The notes beneath the pieces are model-generated. The model was not told the DNA's origin. It was given only the letters and a program-made list of their open reading frames with translations, and ran no database searches. A stretch of DNA of 64,000 nucleotides. Source: Chrysomallon squamiferum (taxonomy: Eukaryota > Animalia > Mollusca). A program made the position numbers and the translations under genes. Position 1 is the first letter of the stretch, and each line of letters opens with the position of its first letter. The stretch spans positions 14,880,001-14,944,000 of the forward strand of contig CM022670.1 of the NCBI GenBank assembly GCA_012295275.1. The letters are read 5' to 3'. Below are positions 63,872-64,000 of the stretch, piece after piece.

Positions 63872-64000
63872 CTGAAATACCAATAAGAAAAATTTCATTT
63901 TAATAAAAAAAACATAAGTGCATCAGTACAAATAAAATCTAAAATCTTGACTTATTGTATTTTCAAGTTATTTGGCTTCTTGTTTTAAGTTAAAGAATTA

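Overview
AT-rich, microsatellite-rich, intron-containing animal DNA. It is probably an invertebrate and looks mollusc-like, but that is inference only. Left part: a compact housekeeping cluster of VMA21 (-), COMMD5 (+) and GUF1/LepA (-); one GUF1 intron holds an internally deleted Sola2-type DNA transposon. Right part: decayed mariner and piggyBac-like remnants and the 3' portion of FAM135A/B (-). Between them (~22-41 kb) is an accessory island. It has one LIN-24/aerolysin-like beta-pore-forming protein gene (+), facing tail-to-tail a tandem array of small four-exon genes (-) that the ORF track misses entirely. These encode ~130-aa CS/p23-like (CacyBP/SGT1-type) domain proteins: one intact copy, two lesioned copies and one orphan first exon. 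The two closest paralogs have near-identical intron blocks but exons dominated by amino-acid-changing differences, suggesting strong diversifying selection. This putative pore-former plus fast-evolving partner island is the main candidate for an undescribed system. All calls are from manual reading and translation; no searches were run.
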